A DNA stretch of 64,000 nucleotides from Elusimicrobiota bacterium (GTDB taxonomy: Bacteria; Elusimicrobiota; Elusimicrobia; UBA1565). Below, one piece after another: positions 44,738 through 54,567 of this stretch. The stretch's first letter is position 1, and the number at the start of each line of letters is the position of its first letter. The position numbers were made by a program, and so were the translations under genes. The notes below the pieces were generated by a model. That model did not search any database and was not told the DNA's origin. It saw only the letters and a list, made by a program, of their open reading frames with translations. The DNA is taken from the NCBI GenBank assembly GCA_016212885.1, contig JACRDO010000132.1:28779-92778 (forward strand), in the 5' to 3' direction.

Positions 44738-46006
44738 ATGCGCATCGTCGCAGCGTTAGCCGCGCTCCTCCTCCTGCCCCGCGCCGCGCAGGGAGCCGAG
44801 GGCGCGTCCTGCGCCGTCATCCGCGGCCTGGCCGGAAGCCTTAAACCGGAGTGGAAGCCTTCGACGCCCAACCCGATCAACTGCTTCTTCCGCGGCGGGG
44901 AATCCTCCAACTACGTCCTGCCCACCCAGCCCTCGGCTTCAGCCGAGGTCCACATCATCAGCGTCCGGGAGGGGCGTTTCGGCGGCGAAGAAGCGGCGAA
45001 GGCGCGCGGCGCTACGGGCTCGGTCCGCGTGGTCCTGCATAAGACCCGCAAGCCTGCCATCCTGGTCTTGAACGCTCAGAAGCCCACCCGTTGGGAGCTG
45101 ACCGTCACGCAGGAGGCCGAGCTTCGGATGATCATCCTCCAGGGCCGGGGAGAGCAGGCCCTCAAAGGCGCGCCCAGCGGCATCCCCGTGCAAAGAAGGG
45201 CCGCGGAACAGGCGTGCGCGTTCGCCGAGCAATGGGAGGCGTTTGCGCAGGCCGATCCTCGGGCCGCCGCGGCGCGCGGGAAGCTGAACTCCGACTTCCG
45301 GGCCATGGCGCAGGGAATCCGCTGCCTGACCGGGCTTCGGGAAGCGTCGTTCCAGGGCTGCGGCTTGGGGCTTGTCTTCGAGGTGCCCCACTATCACCCG
45401 GACGCCAAGGGGCTGGACGCGGACGAGATCGCGCCCGTCTGTCCGGGCGGCCTTTCCTCTCCGGAAACCTCGGCCGCCGCGCCCCAGGCTTCAGAATCGC
45501 CGGAGGGCGCCGCTGTGCAGGCGAGGGCTCCGGAGGGCCCGAAGTCGCCCAAGAGAGAGGGGCCCGAAGCGGAAATAGAGAACAAGACGCAAAAGCCGAA
45601 AAAGCCCCAGGAGACCCTCTCCTCTTCCCCCGGCATCCCGATGCGGGACTATATCTCCGTGCGGGCCGAAGCCATCCTCATGAAGGGGGACAGGACCCTG
45701 CTCACCCATGACGCGGTGCCGGACCTCGTGCTCGTCCTGGAAAGGGGGGACGCGAGGCTGCGCTCCCGGGCCGCGGACGCCCTGGGACAGCTCGGAGCGG
45801 AGGGCGCGGACGCCGTGGCCGCGCTCATGCGGACCCTGGCGAAGGACGAGAGCCCCCGCGCACGTTCGAGCGCGGCCCTGGCGCTCGGGAACATCGGTCC
45901 CGCGGCGAAGGAAGCCGTTCCCCTCCTCAAGCGCGCGGCCAAGAGCAGGAACCCGGACCTACGCCTGAGCGCCAAGACGGCGCTCGAGCGGCTCGGGGCC
46001 GATTAA
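44738..46006 (+). CDS. Secreted protein with C-terminal HEAT (PBS-lyase-type) repeats
   Basis: Signal peptide MRIVAALAALLLLPRAAQGAEG. C-terminal repeats read RSRAADALGQLGAEGADAVAALMRTLAKDESPRARSSAALALGNIGPAAKEAVPLL. Confidence 0.6.
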   Translation: MRIVAALAALLLLPRAAQGAEGASCAVIRGLAGSLKPEWKPSTPNPINCFFRGGESSNYVLPTQPSASAEVHIISVREGRFGGEEAAKARGATGSVRVVLHKTRKPAILVLNAQKPTRWELTVTQEAELRMIILQGRGEQALKGAPSGIPVQRRAAEQACAFAEQWEAFAQADPRAAAARGKLNSDFRAMAQGIRCLTGLREASFQGCGLGLVFEVPHYHPDAKGLDADEIAPVCPGGLSSPETSAAAPQASESPEGAAVQARAPEGPKSPKREGPEAEIENKTQKPKKPQETLSSSPGIPMRDYISVRAEAILMKGDRTLLTHDAVPDLVLVLERGDARLRSRAADALGQLGAEGADAVAALMRTLAKDESPRARSSAALALGNIGPAAKEAVPLLKRAAKSRNPDLRLSAKTALERLGAD

Positions 46007-46902
46007 TCCTTCCCGACGATCTCCAGGAAGCGCGGATCATCCCGCAGGGAATCGAACTCGAGCGCTTTGCGCGCCTCGGCCATATAGGCCTTGTCGAGCT
46101 TGATCGCGGCGCGGATGTCCTCCAGGGCCTCGTCGAAGCGCCCGAGCGCCGCGAGCAGGATCGCGTGATGATATCGGCCGGAGGCGTACTCGGGGTCCAT
46201 CCGCGCGGCTATTGCGAGCTCCGCCTCGCCGGCTTCGGGGTCCGAGGCCTTGCCGTAGAGCAGGACCCCGTTGGCGGCGTGCCCCTCGGCGCGCCGGCGC
46301 CGGGCATTGGTGTTGCGCAGCCGGATGAGCGCGAAGCGGTAGAGGGCCGTCTCCGGGCCGCCGCGCGTCTTGAAGACGAGCAGGGAGCAGGTGATGAGGG
46401 GATGGTAATGCACGCGGGAGAGGCGGAAGGAGGCCGGCGGCCAGTCCGGAGAGCCGGCGGCCTTGAAGGACGGCGTTGTCGTAAGGAGCTCGACAAGGCC
46501 TGGCTGCGACCCCATGGCCCCCTCGCGGACGTCCTCCACGTAGCCTTTGATGGAATAGTCCTTCGCGAGAGCCTCTGAGACCTGCTGGGCCTGCTGGCTG
46601 CTCCAGAACTCATCCTTGCGGGAATTGAGGATCCAGTCAGCTTCGGGCCGGACCGCGCCCGCCGGGATCGTCAATGTCCCGAACTGCCAGGACTTCGGCT
46701 CCCCTAGCATCGTCTTCCCGAAAGGGGGGTAGCTCACCTTGCTCACAGCGGCCGAGCAGGACGGCCCCCAGCCGATGAACGAGAACTCGTCGTGGGCCTG
46801 CTGGCGCTGGATCGTGGTCGCGCCGCCGATAACCTTGACGTGGGCCGCGCGGGCCGGCGAAGCCGGAATGAAAAAGAGGAAGGCGATCATCCATTGGGAC
46901 AT
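46003..46902 (-). CDS. Secreted hypothetical protein with C-terminal TPR-like repeat
   Basis: Signal peptide MSQWMIAFLFFIPASPARAA. The C-terminus reads EAELAIAARMDPEYASGRYHHAILLAALGRFDEALEDIRAAIKLD. The stop is convergent with and overlaps that of the HEAT protein gene. Confidence 0.55.
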   Translation of the reverse strand: MSQWMIAFLFFIPASPARAAHVKVIGGATTIQRQQAHDEFSFIGWGPSCSAAVSKVSYPPFGKTMLGEPKSWQFGTLTIPAGAVRPEADWILNSRKDEFWSSQQAQQVSEALAKDYSIKGYVEDVREGAMGSQPGLVELLTTTPSFKAAGSPDWPPASFRLSRVHYHPLITCSLLVFKTRGGPETALYRFALIRLRNTNARRRRAEGHAANGVLLYGKASDPEAGEAELAIAARMDPEYASGRYHHAILLAALGRFDEALEDIRAAIKLDKAYMAEARKALEFDSLRDDPRFLEIVGKD

Positions 46903-46940
46903 GGGACCGTTCCAGTATATCGGCTCGATGAAGGGTTGTC

Positions 46941-46987
46941 CAGGCCTGGGCCGCCGAAAACGATATAGGCCCTAGGGCCCAGGCCTG
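46941..46987. repeat. GGCC-rich inverted repeat in a divergent intergenic region
   Basis: CAGGCCTGGGCC (46941-46952) is the exact reverse complement of GGCCCAGGCCTG (46976-46987). A perfect 12-bp palindrome GGCCCTAGGGCC sits at 46968-46979. Confidence 0.5.
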
Positions 46988-47043
46988 AATAGTCCTATGG
47001 CCCAGCCCAAAGGGGGCCTATTGCATTATACTCATGCAGACCC

Positions 47044-48219
47044 GTGATTGAGAGACGAAATAAGATTTTCTTCATAGCAGGCCTGGGGCTCCTCTTCTCC
47101 CCGGCCTTCTCGTTTGCCTCGGATTCCCTGATCTCCCTGGAAGTCCTGGGGACCCTCCAGCAGGGCCTCATCACGGCTGTCCGCGAGCGCTCCGGCAGGC
47201 GCGAAGAGATCGCGGGCCGTGCGGTCGCCTCCGCCTCCCGGATCACCCTCAACAAGGACTACATCCACGTCCTGGACGGAGATACCCTTTTCTACGGCCC
47301 CAAGAGGGGCAGGAAGCTGAACGTGCGCATCCTTGGCATCGACACCCCGGAGGTCCATCACTACGCGGCCGGCAAGTTCGAGGACCAGGAGTACGGGCAG
47401 AAGGTGAAAGAGTATGTGCGCGGGGTCATCTACCGCGCCGACAAAGTCGAAGCCCTGCTCTGCGGTGAGGACATCTACGACCGGACACTGGCACACATCT
47501 ACGTGGACGGCCGTCTTCTTTCCGTGAAGGTCTTGAAGAAGGGCTACGCCTACGAGACGATCACATATTACGGAGACAACGGGCAGCCCGAGCTCGCCTC
47601 TGAGATCCTCGAGGCGGCGAAGACCGGCCCGAGGCCGCCTTTCGAGAACCCCTACCGGTGGCGCAAGAGGATGTGGTCCGAGGAGAAGGAGCAGGCGGAA
47701 CTCCGCAAGGACCTCGCGACCCCCCGCATCCCGGTCGACAAGTCGCAGATGTTCTTCCAGGACGGCGACACCGTCTACTTCGGAAAGGAGGAAGTCCGCA
47801 TCCTCGGCGTGGACACCCCTGAGATCGCCCATCCGGAGCACGACAAGCCAGAGGGGCAGGAGTACGGGCCTGAAGCCGCTGAGTTCACCAAGCAGGCCCT
47901 GCTCGGGGCGAAGAAGGTCGAGTACATCCTCGGCCCCGGCAGCACCTATGGGCGGTCATTGGCGCACGTGTTCGTGGACGGCGAGCTCTTGTCCCTGCGC
48001 CTCATCCAGGCCCGCCTCGCCTACGAGACGGTTTCCAGGTACGGGGCCGGCGGCTTCCCCGGCTACGCCCGCCAGCTCTTGGACGCTTTCCATTCCGTTG
48101 AGACCCCGCCGTTCCAGAACCCGCAGTACTGGCGCTGGGAGCATTGGGGCCAGCCCAAGCCGGAGCCCGTCGACGCGGAGATCGCGCCCCCAGCGCTTCG
48201 GAGCCTGCTCGCTTATTGA
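47044..48219 (+). CDS. Secreted tandem thermonuclease (two SNase domains)
   Basis: Signal peptide MIERRNKIFFIAGLGLLFSPAFSFA. There are two copies of the SNase pattern: VRILGIDTPEV...EYGQKVKEYV...DRTLAHIYVDGRLLSVKVLKKGYAYE and VRILGVDTPEI...EYGPEAAEFT...GRSLAHVFVDGELLSLRLIQARLAYE. Confidence 0.8.
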   Translation: MIERRNKIFFIAGLGLLFSPAFSFASDSLISLEVLGTLQQGLITAVRERSGRREEIAGRAVASASRITLNKDYIHVLDGDTLFYGPKRGRKLNVRILGIDTPEVHHYAAGKFEDQEYGQKVKEYVRGVIYRADKVEALLCGEDIYDRTLAHIYVDGRLLSVKVLKKGYAYETITYYGDNGQPELASEILEAAKTGPRPPFENPYRWRKRMWSEEKEQAELRKDLATPRIPVDKSQMFFQDGDTVYFGKEEVRILGVDTPEIAHPEHDKPEGQEYGPEAAEFTKQALLGAKKVEYILGPGSTYGRSLAHVFVDGELLSLRLIQARLAYETVSRYGAGGFPGYARQLLDAFHSVETPPFQNPQYWRWEHWGQPKPEPVDAEIAPPALRSLLAY

Positions 48220-48225
48220 TTGCGC

Positions 48226-49518
48226 CTATTTCCCTTTAGCCAGCATGCTGGGATAAACCAGCATGCAGGTGGGCCACCAGTCCCACGTGGCGCGCTTCTG
48301 GCCGTTGATGACGAAGCTGCTCTTGAGGTTCTCATGCACGGCGCTGATGGCGGTGATCCCTGCCGCTTGAACCGCTCGCAGCTCCTGGGGCTCGGTCTTC
48401 CCGTTGCGGTTGTCGTCCACCCAGACCATCAGCCCCTCGAGCTCCTTGCCTTCGACCACGCCGTTTTGGTCCTTGTCGTAGCGCAGGCCGAGCTTCTGGT
48501 AGCCGTCCACGAACCCGATCGGGTTGCCGAAGAGCTCGTTGCCGCCCTTGACCCCCCCGTCCTTCACCGGCGCCGCAAGCAGGCCGTCGTTGCGGCCGAT
48601 CCATTCGGAGATCTCCTTGAAGCCGTCGCCGTTGATGTCGAAGGCCAGGGCCTTGCTCTTGTTGAAGCGGGCCGGATGGGGCAGCCACTGCCCCTGGTCC
48701 ACGTCCGGCTTGCCGTTGTCGTCCAAGTCCAGGATGATGGGGGAGGTCATCATCCAGCCCACGATCTCGTACGATGCTCCGTCGATGTTGATCGCCGCGC
48801 CGCCGCTGAACACCTTGCTGAGGTCGCCCGAGCCCCAGGGGTTGCCCAGGTAGGAGAGGCCGGGGATCCCGCCTCCGAAATAGAGCGCCCAGCTGTCCAG
48901 CTTTCCCAGCACGTTGCCGGCCTCGTCGATGACGTCCGTGGTCCCGCCGGTATGGGCCTGATGGAAGGCCTCGGCGCTGGGCGGCCAGGTCTTCACGGCG
49001 TCCGCATATTCGCGGTAGTTGGCCAGGCTCTCCTCCGTGGTCCGGAACCGGCTGTCATTGTACACCCCGGCGATGTGCCGCTCCACGTACGGCATGAGGA
49101 GGTCCACGAGGCCCGCGACGGTCGGCCAGGAGATGTAGAGGCTTCCGTTGAGGAAGACCCGGCCCTTGGTCAAGGTGATCGTCTTGCTGGAGGAGACCGC
49201 TGCCCCGCTGCAGTTGATGCCCCGGAGGGTGTAGGTGATCTTCCCTTTGCCGGACGGCTTGATTTGGATGCTCTCGCCCGCCACCTCCCCGATCCCGTCG
49301 ATGGCGAGGTTGGCGACGTTGTCTGCGACCCAGGTCAGGGTGATCAGATCCTCGGTCCGGGCCGTGTTGGGCCCCTGGAGCAAGAGCCTGGACGAGGGAC
49401 ATTCCACGACGCCGACTTTCACGCTGCGCTTCGATGACTGCGAAACGGCCGACAGATGCAGCAGGCACAGGGCGCCAACGGCCAAGATCACCGGTACGAC
49501 AAGACGCAGATATTTCAT
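48226..49518 (-). CDS. Secreted protein with EF-hand/dockerin-like Ca-binding loops
   Basis: Signal/anchor MKYLRLVVPVILAVGALCLL. The C-terminal half carries DLDDNGKPDVD, DINGDGFKEISE, DKDQNGVVEGKE and DDNRNGKTEPQE. Confidence 0.6.
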   Translation of the reverse strand: MKYLRLVVPVILAVGALCLLHLSAVSQSSKRSVKVGVVECPSSRLLLQGPNTARTEDLITLTWVADNVANLAIDGIGEVAGESIQIKPSGKGKITYTLRGINCSGAAVSSSKTITLTKGRVFLNGSLYISWPTVAGLVDLLMPYVERHIAGVYNDSRFRTTEESLANYREYADAVKTWPPSAEAFHQAHTGGTTDVIDEAGNVLGKLDSWALYFGGGIPGLSYLGNPWGSGDLSKVFSGGAAINIDGASYEIVGWMMTSPIILDLDDNGKPDVDQGQWLPHPARFNKSKALAFDINGDGFKEISEWIGRNDGLLAAPVKDGGVKGGNELFGNPIGFVDGYQKLGLRYDKDQNGVVEGKELEGLMVWVDDNRNGKTEPQELRAVQAAGITAISAVHENLKSSFVINGQKRATWDWWPTCMLVYPSMLAKGK

Positions 49519-49642
49519 GCTTTCTCCTTGAGCGGTGAATCTATTATATTTACGTGCGGGCGGCGAAAGAGTTACTGGGAATGTTTATATGGGCGCGTTT
49601 TCTATATATCATTGGCTTCTGACTCCCGCGATGGAGGTTTCC

Positions 49643-50218
49643 ATGGGGATCCGAACGGCTTTGCTTGCGGCGATGCTGTCCCTCCCGGCTTCGGCGCGGG
49701 CGCAGAGCGGGGAGGAGAAGCTCCCGCCGCTGGATCTCCCCGAGATGCTTGGAGTCTGGAGCGGCCAGCAGATGTGCACGAGCGGGAGCGCGGGCCTGCG
49801 CGTCTCGATTTCCACGACCTCCAAGGGCTTCCTCATCGAGTACGCCATCCGGCAGCGCATGAAGGGGAGCAGGGCGCTCCAGACCGCCAAGGGAAGGGTC
49901 CCGGCCTTTCCAGTTGCGAAGAAGCCGGGGGTCTATTCCCTGCAGTTCGAGCTGCCGTCCTGGACCATCTTCAGGCTCCCCAAGGTGCCTGCCAGCCTGC
50001 GCTTCGACCCTAAGAAGGAGTCGGTCTCCGGCCAGCTGGAGCTGGGAATGCTGGGCCCATTGGCCAGCGGCGGGGGGAGCGGCCGCCTGAGCGAGAAGCG
50101 CGGCAAGCTCTCCTACAAGCTCTCTTCCTCCATGGGTCCTCTGAGGGATATCTGCACCGGGACACTCAGGCGCGAGAAGCGGGCGGCGAAGCAGAAGAAC
50201 CCCGCCCCCGCCGAATAG
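49643..50218 (+). CDS. Secreted hypothetical protein
   Basis: Start chosen at MGIRTALLAAMLSLPASARAQ (signal peptide); the ORF-track start at 49535 is probably too far upstream. Confidence 0.45.
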   Translation: MGIRTALLAAMLSLPASARAQSGEEKLPPLDLPEMLGVWSGQQMCTSGSAGLRVSISTTSKGFLIEYAIRQRMKGSRALQTAKGRVPAFPVAKKPGVYSLQFELPSWTIFRLPKVPASLRFDPKKESVSGQLELGMLGPLASGGGSGRLSEKRGKLSYKLSSSMGPLRDICTGTLRREKRAAKQKNPAPAE

Positions 50219-50219
50219 C

Positions 50220-50402
50220 TTAGGGTCTCGGGATCGATGCAGGCGCGTCGCGGAAGTCAGAGAGGCGCTCCGGCTCGATGGAGACGCGCGGAGCGTTCGA
50301 GCCGGGGGTGAGCCTGCGGGGGCCCGTCAGGATGAACGAGGGGCCGATGACGAGGGCCACGAATAGGATCACGATCCAGTAGACCGACCATTTCCCGTTC
50401 AT
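50220..50402 (-). CDS. Possible small single-TM protein (60 aa)
   Basis: The TM segment VYWIVILFVALVIGPSFIL, with an ATG start, lies downstream of recG on the same strand. Support is ORF and hydrophobicity only. Confidence 0.3.
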   Translation of the reverse strand: MNGKWSVYWIVILFVALVIGPSFILTGPRRLTPGSNAPRVSIEPERLSDFRDAPASIPRP

Positions 50403-50489
50403 ACGGATAGCATAGCGCTTGCGGGCAGGGTTTGGATGGGCCTTCCAGCGCCCATCCGGCTGGAAATCGGCCCAAGCGGCAATGGGCCA

Positions 50490-52610
50490 CTAGGCCAGGT
50501 CGATGGTCCTGAGGTTCTTCTCATAGCGCCGGTACAGCTTGCGGTTGAGCGGGAGGTTCTCTTCAGCCAGCAGCTTTGGGTCCTTGCTGAGGAGCTCTTC
50601 GGCGTCCTCCCGCGCACCGGCCAGGAGGTCGCAGTCGCGCAGGAGGTCCGCGGTTTTCAGCGAGATGTCCCCGTGCTGCTCGACTCCGAGGATCTCGCCC
50701 GGGCCCCGGAGCTTGAGGTCCTCCTCGCTGATGCGGAAGCCGTCGGTCGTTTCGCAGAGGGTCGCGATGCGGTGGCGGGCTTGGGGGGTGGAGGGGTCCG
50801 CGATCAGGAAGCAGCGCGACTCGGCCGCGCCGCGGCCGATGCGGCCCCGCAGCTGGTGGAGGCTTGCCAGGCCGAAGCGGTCCGCGTTCTGGACGATCAT
50901 GACCGTCGCGTTTGGCACGTCCACGCCCACCTCGATGACCGGCGTGGCCACGAGCACGTTGCAGCGGCCTTTGGCGAACTCCTCCATGGCCCCGACCTTC
51001 TTCTTGGGCGGCATGCGGCCGTGGACTAAGGCCACCTTGAACTCCGGGAACACCCGGGTCTTGATGCGCTCGTACTCCAGCATGGCCGCCTTGAGGTCGA
51101 GCTTGGCGGACTCCTCGATGATGGGGTAGACGATGTAGACCTGGCGCCCGGCCGCGGCCTCGCGGCGGGCCGCTTCGAAGGCTTCCTGCTCCTGGACGTG
51201 GTTCGTGGAGGGGTAGCGTCGGCCGGGGGGCATCTCGTCGATGGTGGATACGTCGAGGTCCCCGTAGAGGGCCAGGCTCAAGGTCCTGGGGATGGGGGTG
51301 GCTGTCATGAGGAGGAGGTCTAAAGGCGGGCCCTTGCGCCGCAGGGTGGTCCTCTGCCGGACTCCGAAGCGGTGCTGCTCGTCGATGACCGCCAGCCGCA
51401 GGTTCTTGAAGAGGACGTCGCCCTCGAGCAGGGCGTGGGTGCCGATGACGATGTCCGCCTCCCCGGAGCGCACCCGCTCCAGCGCCTGCTTGCGCTCCTT
51501 GGCCGCGATGCGCGAGCTCAAGAGCTCCATGCGCACCGGCAGGCCTTTGAGGAACTGGTTGAATGTCCAGAGGTGCTGCTCGGCGAGGATCTCGGTCGGG
51601 GCCATGAAGGCTCCCTGGTAGCCGTTCTCCACCGCAAGCAGGAGGGCCGCCAGGGCCACGACGGTCTTCCCCGAGCCCACGTCGCCCTGCAGGAGGCGCG
51701 TCATGGGGTTGGGGCCGCGCATGTCCTCGAAAATCTCGTTGATCACCCGCTTCTGGGCCGGGGTGAACTCGAAGCCGAGCCGGGCCTTGAGCGGGGTGAG
51801 CAGGGTCCGCTTGATCTCATAGCCGTAGGCTTTCAAGAGGGCCTTGGTCTGCCGGCGCTTGAAGGTCCAGGCCAGCTCGAGCAGGAGCAGCTCCTCGTAG
51901 GCCAGGCGGCGGCGCGCCTCCTCCAGCTCGGGATCGGAGCGCGGGAAATGGGCCGCGGGGAGGGCCTGAGGCAGGGCGAGGAGCCGGCGCTTCTGGAGCA
52001 GGCTGAGCGGCAGGACCTCGCGCAGCTGCGAGGCGCCCGCGTTCAAGGCGCCGGCCATTGCCTCGCGCATGCGCCTCTGGGTCAGCCCCTCCGTGAGAGG
52101 GTAAAGAGGGGTGATGCGGTCCACGTGCAGGGAGGCCTTGGGATCGGAGAAGAGGTAGTACTCCTCCACCCGGATCTTGCGGCTGCGCAATAGCCCCGGC
52201 TCGGCGCGGCCCACGATCCAGACGTCCGCGCCGGGGACCATGTCCTTCTTGATCCCAGCGAACACGTCGTAGGTGCGGCTGCGCCGCTTGAACCAGAGCG
52301 CCTCGATGTATTCCGGGCTGTCGTGCGGCTTGAGCGTGGCGATGAAGAGGAGCAGGTGCATCCCGGCGCGGATCTCCCCTGCCTTCATGACGCGGCCGCG
52401 CACGACCACGGGGCCGGTCACGGCCCCCGGGAAGGAGCCATCCTCCGGGCCCTGCTCGAAGGGGGTCGGCCTGCGGTTCTCCCAGGCGCGGGGCAGGTGG
52501 TGGAGGAGATCGCCCAGGGTGGCGATCCCAAGGCGGCTCAAGAGCTGGGCTCGCTTGGGGCCGATCCCCTTGAGGAACTGGACCGGGTTGTCGAGCGCGT
52601 TCTCCGGCAT
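50490..52610 (-). CDS. recG: ATP-dependent DNA helicase RecG
   Basis: Wedge domain N-terminus, FEFTPAQKRVINEI, Walker A GDVGSGKT, DEQHRFGV, TATPIPRT and LHQLRGRIGRG. Confidence 0.9.
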   Translation of the reverse strand: MPENALDNPVQFLKGIGPKRAQLLSRLGIATLGDLLHHLPRAWENRRPTPFEQGPEDGSFPGAVTGPVVVRGRVMKAGEIRAGMHLLLFIATLKPHDSPEYIEALWFKRRSRTYDVFAGIKKDMVPGADVWIVGRAEPGLLRSRKIRVEEYYLFSDPKASLHVDRITPLYPLTEGLTQRRMREAMAGALNAGASQLREVLPLSLLQKRRLLALPQALPAAHFPRSDPELEEARRRLAYEELLLLELAWTFKRRQTKALLKAYGYEIKRTLLTPLKARLGFEFTPAQKRVINEIFEDMRGPNPMTRLLQGDVGSGKTVVALAALLLAVENGYQGAFMAPTEILAEQHLWTFNQFLKGLPVRMELLSSRIAAKERKQALERVRSGEADIVIGTHALLEGDVLFKNLRLAVIDEQHRFGVRQRTTLRRKGPPLDLLLMTATPIPRTLSLALYGDLDVSTIDEMPPGRRYPSTNHVQEQEAFEAARREAAAGRQVYIVYPIIEESAKLDLKAAMLEYERIKTRVFPEFKVALVHGRMPPKKKVGAMEEFAKGRCNVLVATPVIEVGVDVPNATVMIVQNADRFGLASLHQLRGRIGRGAAESRCFLIADPSTPQARHRIATLCETTDGFRISEEDLKLRGPGEILGVEQHGDISLKTADLLRDCDLLAGAREDAEELLSKDPKLLAEENLPLNRKLYRRYEKNLRTIDLA

Positions 52611-52687
52611 GGCGGCTCATTGAAGCAAAGAAGGGTTTGCTGCGGCAATGGATTCCCCTGAGCCAAAACTGTTATCATGGCTCCACT

Positions 52688-52882
52688 ATGGCCTATCGGT
52701 GCGCGATCTGCGAGAAAAGGCCGGTTTCAGGCTTCAGCTACAGCCATTCAAATAGGGCGACCAAGCGCGTCTTCCGGCCGAATTTGCAGAAGCAGAGGGT
52801 GGTCCTTTGCGGCCGCACCCGGACCGTCTACGTCTGCTCCAACTGCATCAGATCCGGAAAGACAGTCCGTCCGAGCCGCTAG
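52688..52882 (+). CDS. rpmB: 50S ribosomal protein L28 (Cys-containing form)
   Basis: MAYRCAICEKRPVSGFSYSHSNRATKRVFRPNLQ... carries CxxC pairs (CAIC, CSNC). The start is set at the internal ATG of ORF 52637..52882. Confidence 0.85.
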   Translation: MAYRCAICEKRPVSGFSYSHSNRATKRVFRPNLQKQRVVLCGRTRTVYVCSNCIRSGKTVRPSR

Positions 52883-52893
52883 GCCCCCGGCTG

Positions 52894-54567
52894 ATGGCTG
52901 TCCCGCGCTGGGCGCCTGCGGCTCTGCTATTGGCCTGCGCGGCGGCGGCGCTCTGCCTGCCGGTCCTCAATCCCGACGTCTTCTGGCACCTCAGCGCAGG
53001 GCGCTGGATGCTCGAGCATCGGGCTTTTCCGCATGCGGACTGGCTCTCCTTCACCATGGCGGGACGCCCATGGGTGGACTTCGAGTGGCTCACCCAACTG
53101 CTCTTCTACGCGGCCTTCTCCCTGGGCGGCTTGGGCGGGCTCTGGGCCCTGAAGCTCCTCGTCTTCACGGCCGGCGCGGCCCTGCTCTGGCCCTCCCTCG
53201 GCCTCTATGGGACCTCCGCCTCCGGCCGGGCCGTGGGCATGCTCGCCTGGGTGCTGGGCATCTCCACGGCGAACGACTTGAGGCCGGAGAACTTCTCGCT
53301 CGTCTTCTTCCTGGCTCTTTGGTTCTATCTTGAAAGGAGGAGGCTTAAGGGTCCGTCCTTGCACAAGGGCGCTTACGAGGTCATTGCTGTCGCGGCCTTT
53401 TTCGCGCTCTGGGCGAACCTGCACGCCGGCTTCGTCTACGGCTTGATCCTGCTTGGGATTTGCGCGCTGGCGGACTTCGCCAAACGCCGCGCATTGGGCC
53501 TGCCGGCTCTTCTGCCCATTGCAGCGGCCGCGGCCCTGCTCAATCCTTATGGGCCTGCGGTCTACCGCGTGCTCTGGGAGCATTACGGCGCGCTGGCGGA
53601 GCTCAAAACCTACATCTTTGAGTGGCAGGATCCCACGCTTCAGGCCTCCTGGCTCTGGCCGTTCTGGGCCATCCTGCTGAGCGCCTATCTCAGCGTCCTC
53701 GCGCGCTATCTCAAGTCGCGCGACGTACCGGCCGAGCATCTGGCCTGCATCTTCCTCTTCGGCCTTTCCGCCTCGGCGCACGCCAGGACGAGCGTGTATT
53801 TCCTCTCGATCGCGGTGCCGGTCACAGCGGCTGCGCTGAAGGGGCTGGCCGCAGGCAAGCCGCGCAGGCTCCTGCTCGGCGCAGCTGCCGCCTTTGAGCT
53901 GGCCTTCTTCGCTTGGAAAGTCGCGCCGGAACTCGCCCGCTTCGATGTGTTCCAGGAGCACTACGTCCCGGCTGGGCTCACGCGCTTCTTGGAAGGCGAG
54001 CGCGGGACCCTTGGAGGCAAGAGGGTCTTCAACCCCTGGCACTGGGGCGGGTATCTGGGATTCAAGCTCCATCCGGACATCCGAGTCTTCGTGGACGGGC
54101 GCTACCTCTTCCATGGCCTGCTCCCGCGCATGTACGCGGCTACGCGCACGCCGGAGGACTACCGCGTCTTCCTGGACAGCTACGGCATCGACATCGCTGT
54201 TTTGGAGAGGACACGCCAGCTCATTGCGATGCCGGCCGCGCTCAAGGGCGGGGGAAAGGGCATGCTCTGGCGGCCGTTCTACCTCTTCTTCCTTCCGAAG
54301 AAGGACTGGGCCCTGGTCTACTGGGACAGCCAGGCCATGGCCTTTGTCCACCGCTCAACCGTGCCTGAGCAGTGGCTCAAGACCCACGAATTTACAGCGT
54401 TCCGGCCGGAGGATCTCAAGGCCGCGCAGGAACTGCTCCACGAAGGCCTGCTCCCCAAGGGCCGGCTCGCCGCTGAAGTCGAACGTTTCGCCGCTCTCAG
54501 TCCCGACCCGGCGGATGCCGCCGCGTCCAGAGCCTGGCTCAAGGCTTTGACTGAGGGGCAGCCATGA
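52894..54567 (+). CDS. Polytopic membrane protein, GT-C-fold glycosyltransferase-like (paralog 1)
   Basis: More than 10 predicted TM helices. The N-terminal motif is NPDVFWHLSAGRWMLEHRAFPHADWLSFTMAGRPWVDFEWLTQLLFY and the C-terminal soluble domain reads FNPWHWGGYLGFKL.PDI.VF.DGRY. The function assignment is weak. Confidence 0.5.
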   Translation: MAVPRWAPAALLLACAAAALCLPVLNPDVFWHLSAGRWMLEHRAFPHADWLSFTMAGRPWVDFEWLTQLLFYAAFSLGGLGGLWALKLLVFTAGAALLWPSLGLYGTSASGRAVGMLAWVLGISTANDLRPENFSLVFFLALWFYLERRRLKGPSLHKGAYEVIAVAAFFALWANLHAGFVYGLILLGICALADFAKRRALGLPALLPIAAAAALLNPYGPAVYRVLWEHYGALAELKTYIFEWQDPTLQASWLWPFWAILLSAYLSVLARYLKSRDVPAEHLACIFLFGLSASAHARTSVYFLSIAVPVTAAALKGLAAGKPRRLLLGAAAAFELAFFAWKVAPELARFDVFQEHYVPAGLTRFLEGERGTLGGKRVFNPWHWGGYLGFKLHPDIRVFVDGRYLFHGLLPRMYAATRTPEDYRVFLDSYGIDIAVLERTRQLIAMPAALKGGGKGMLWRPFYLFFLPKKDWALVYWDSQAMAFVHRSTVPEQWLKTHEFTAFRPEDLKAAQELLHEGLLPKGRLAAEVERFAALSPDPADAAASRAWLKALTEGQP

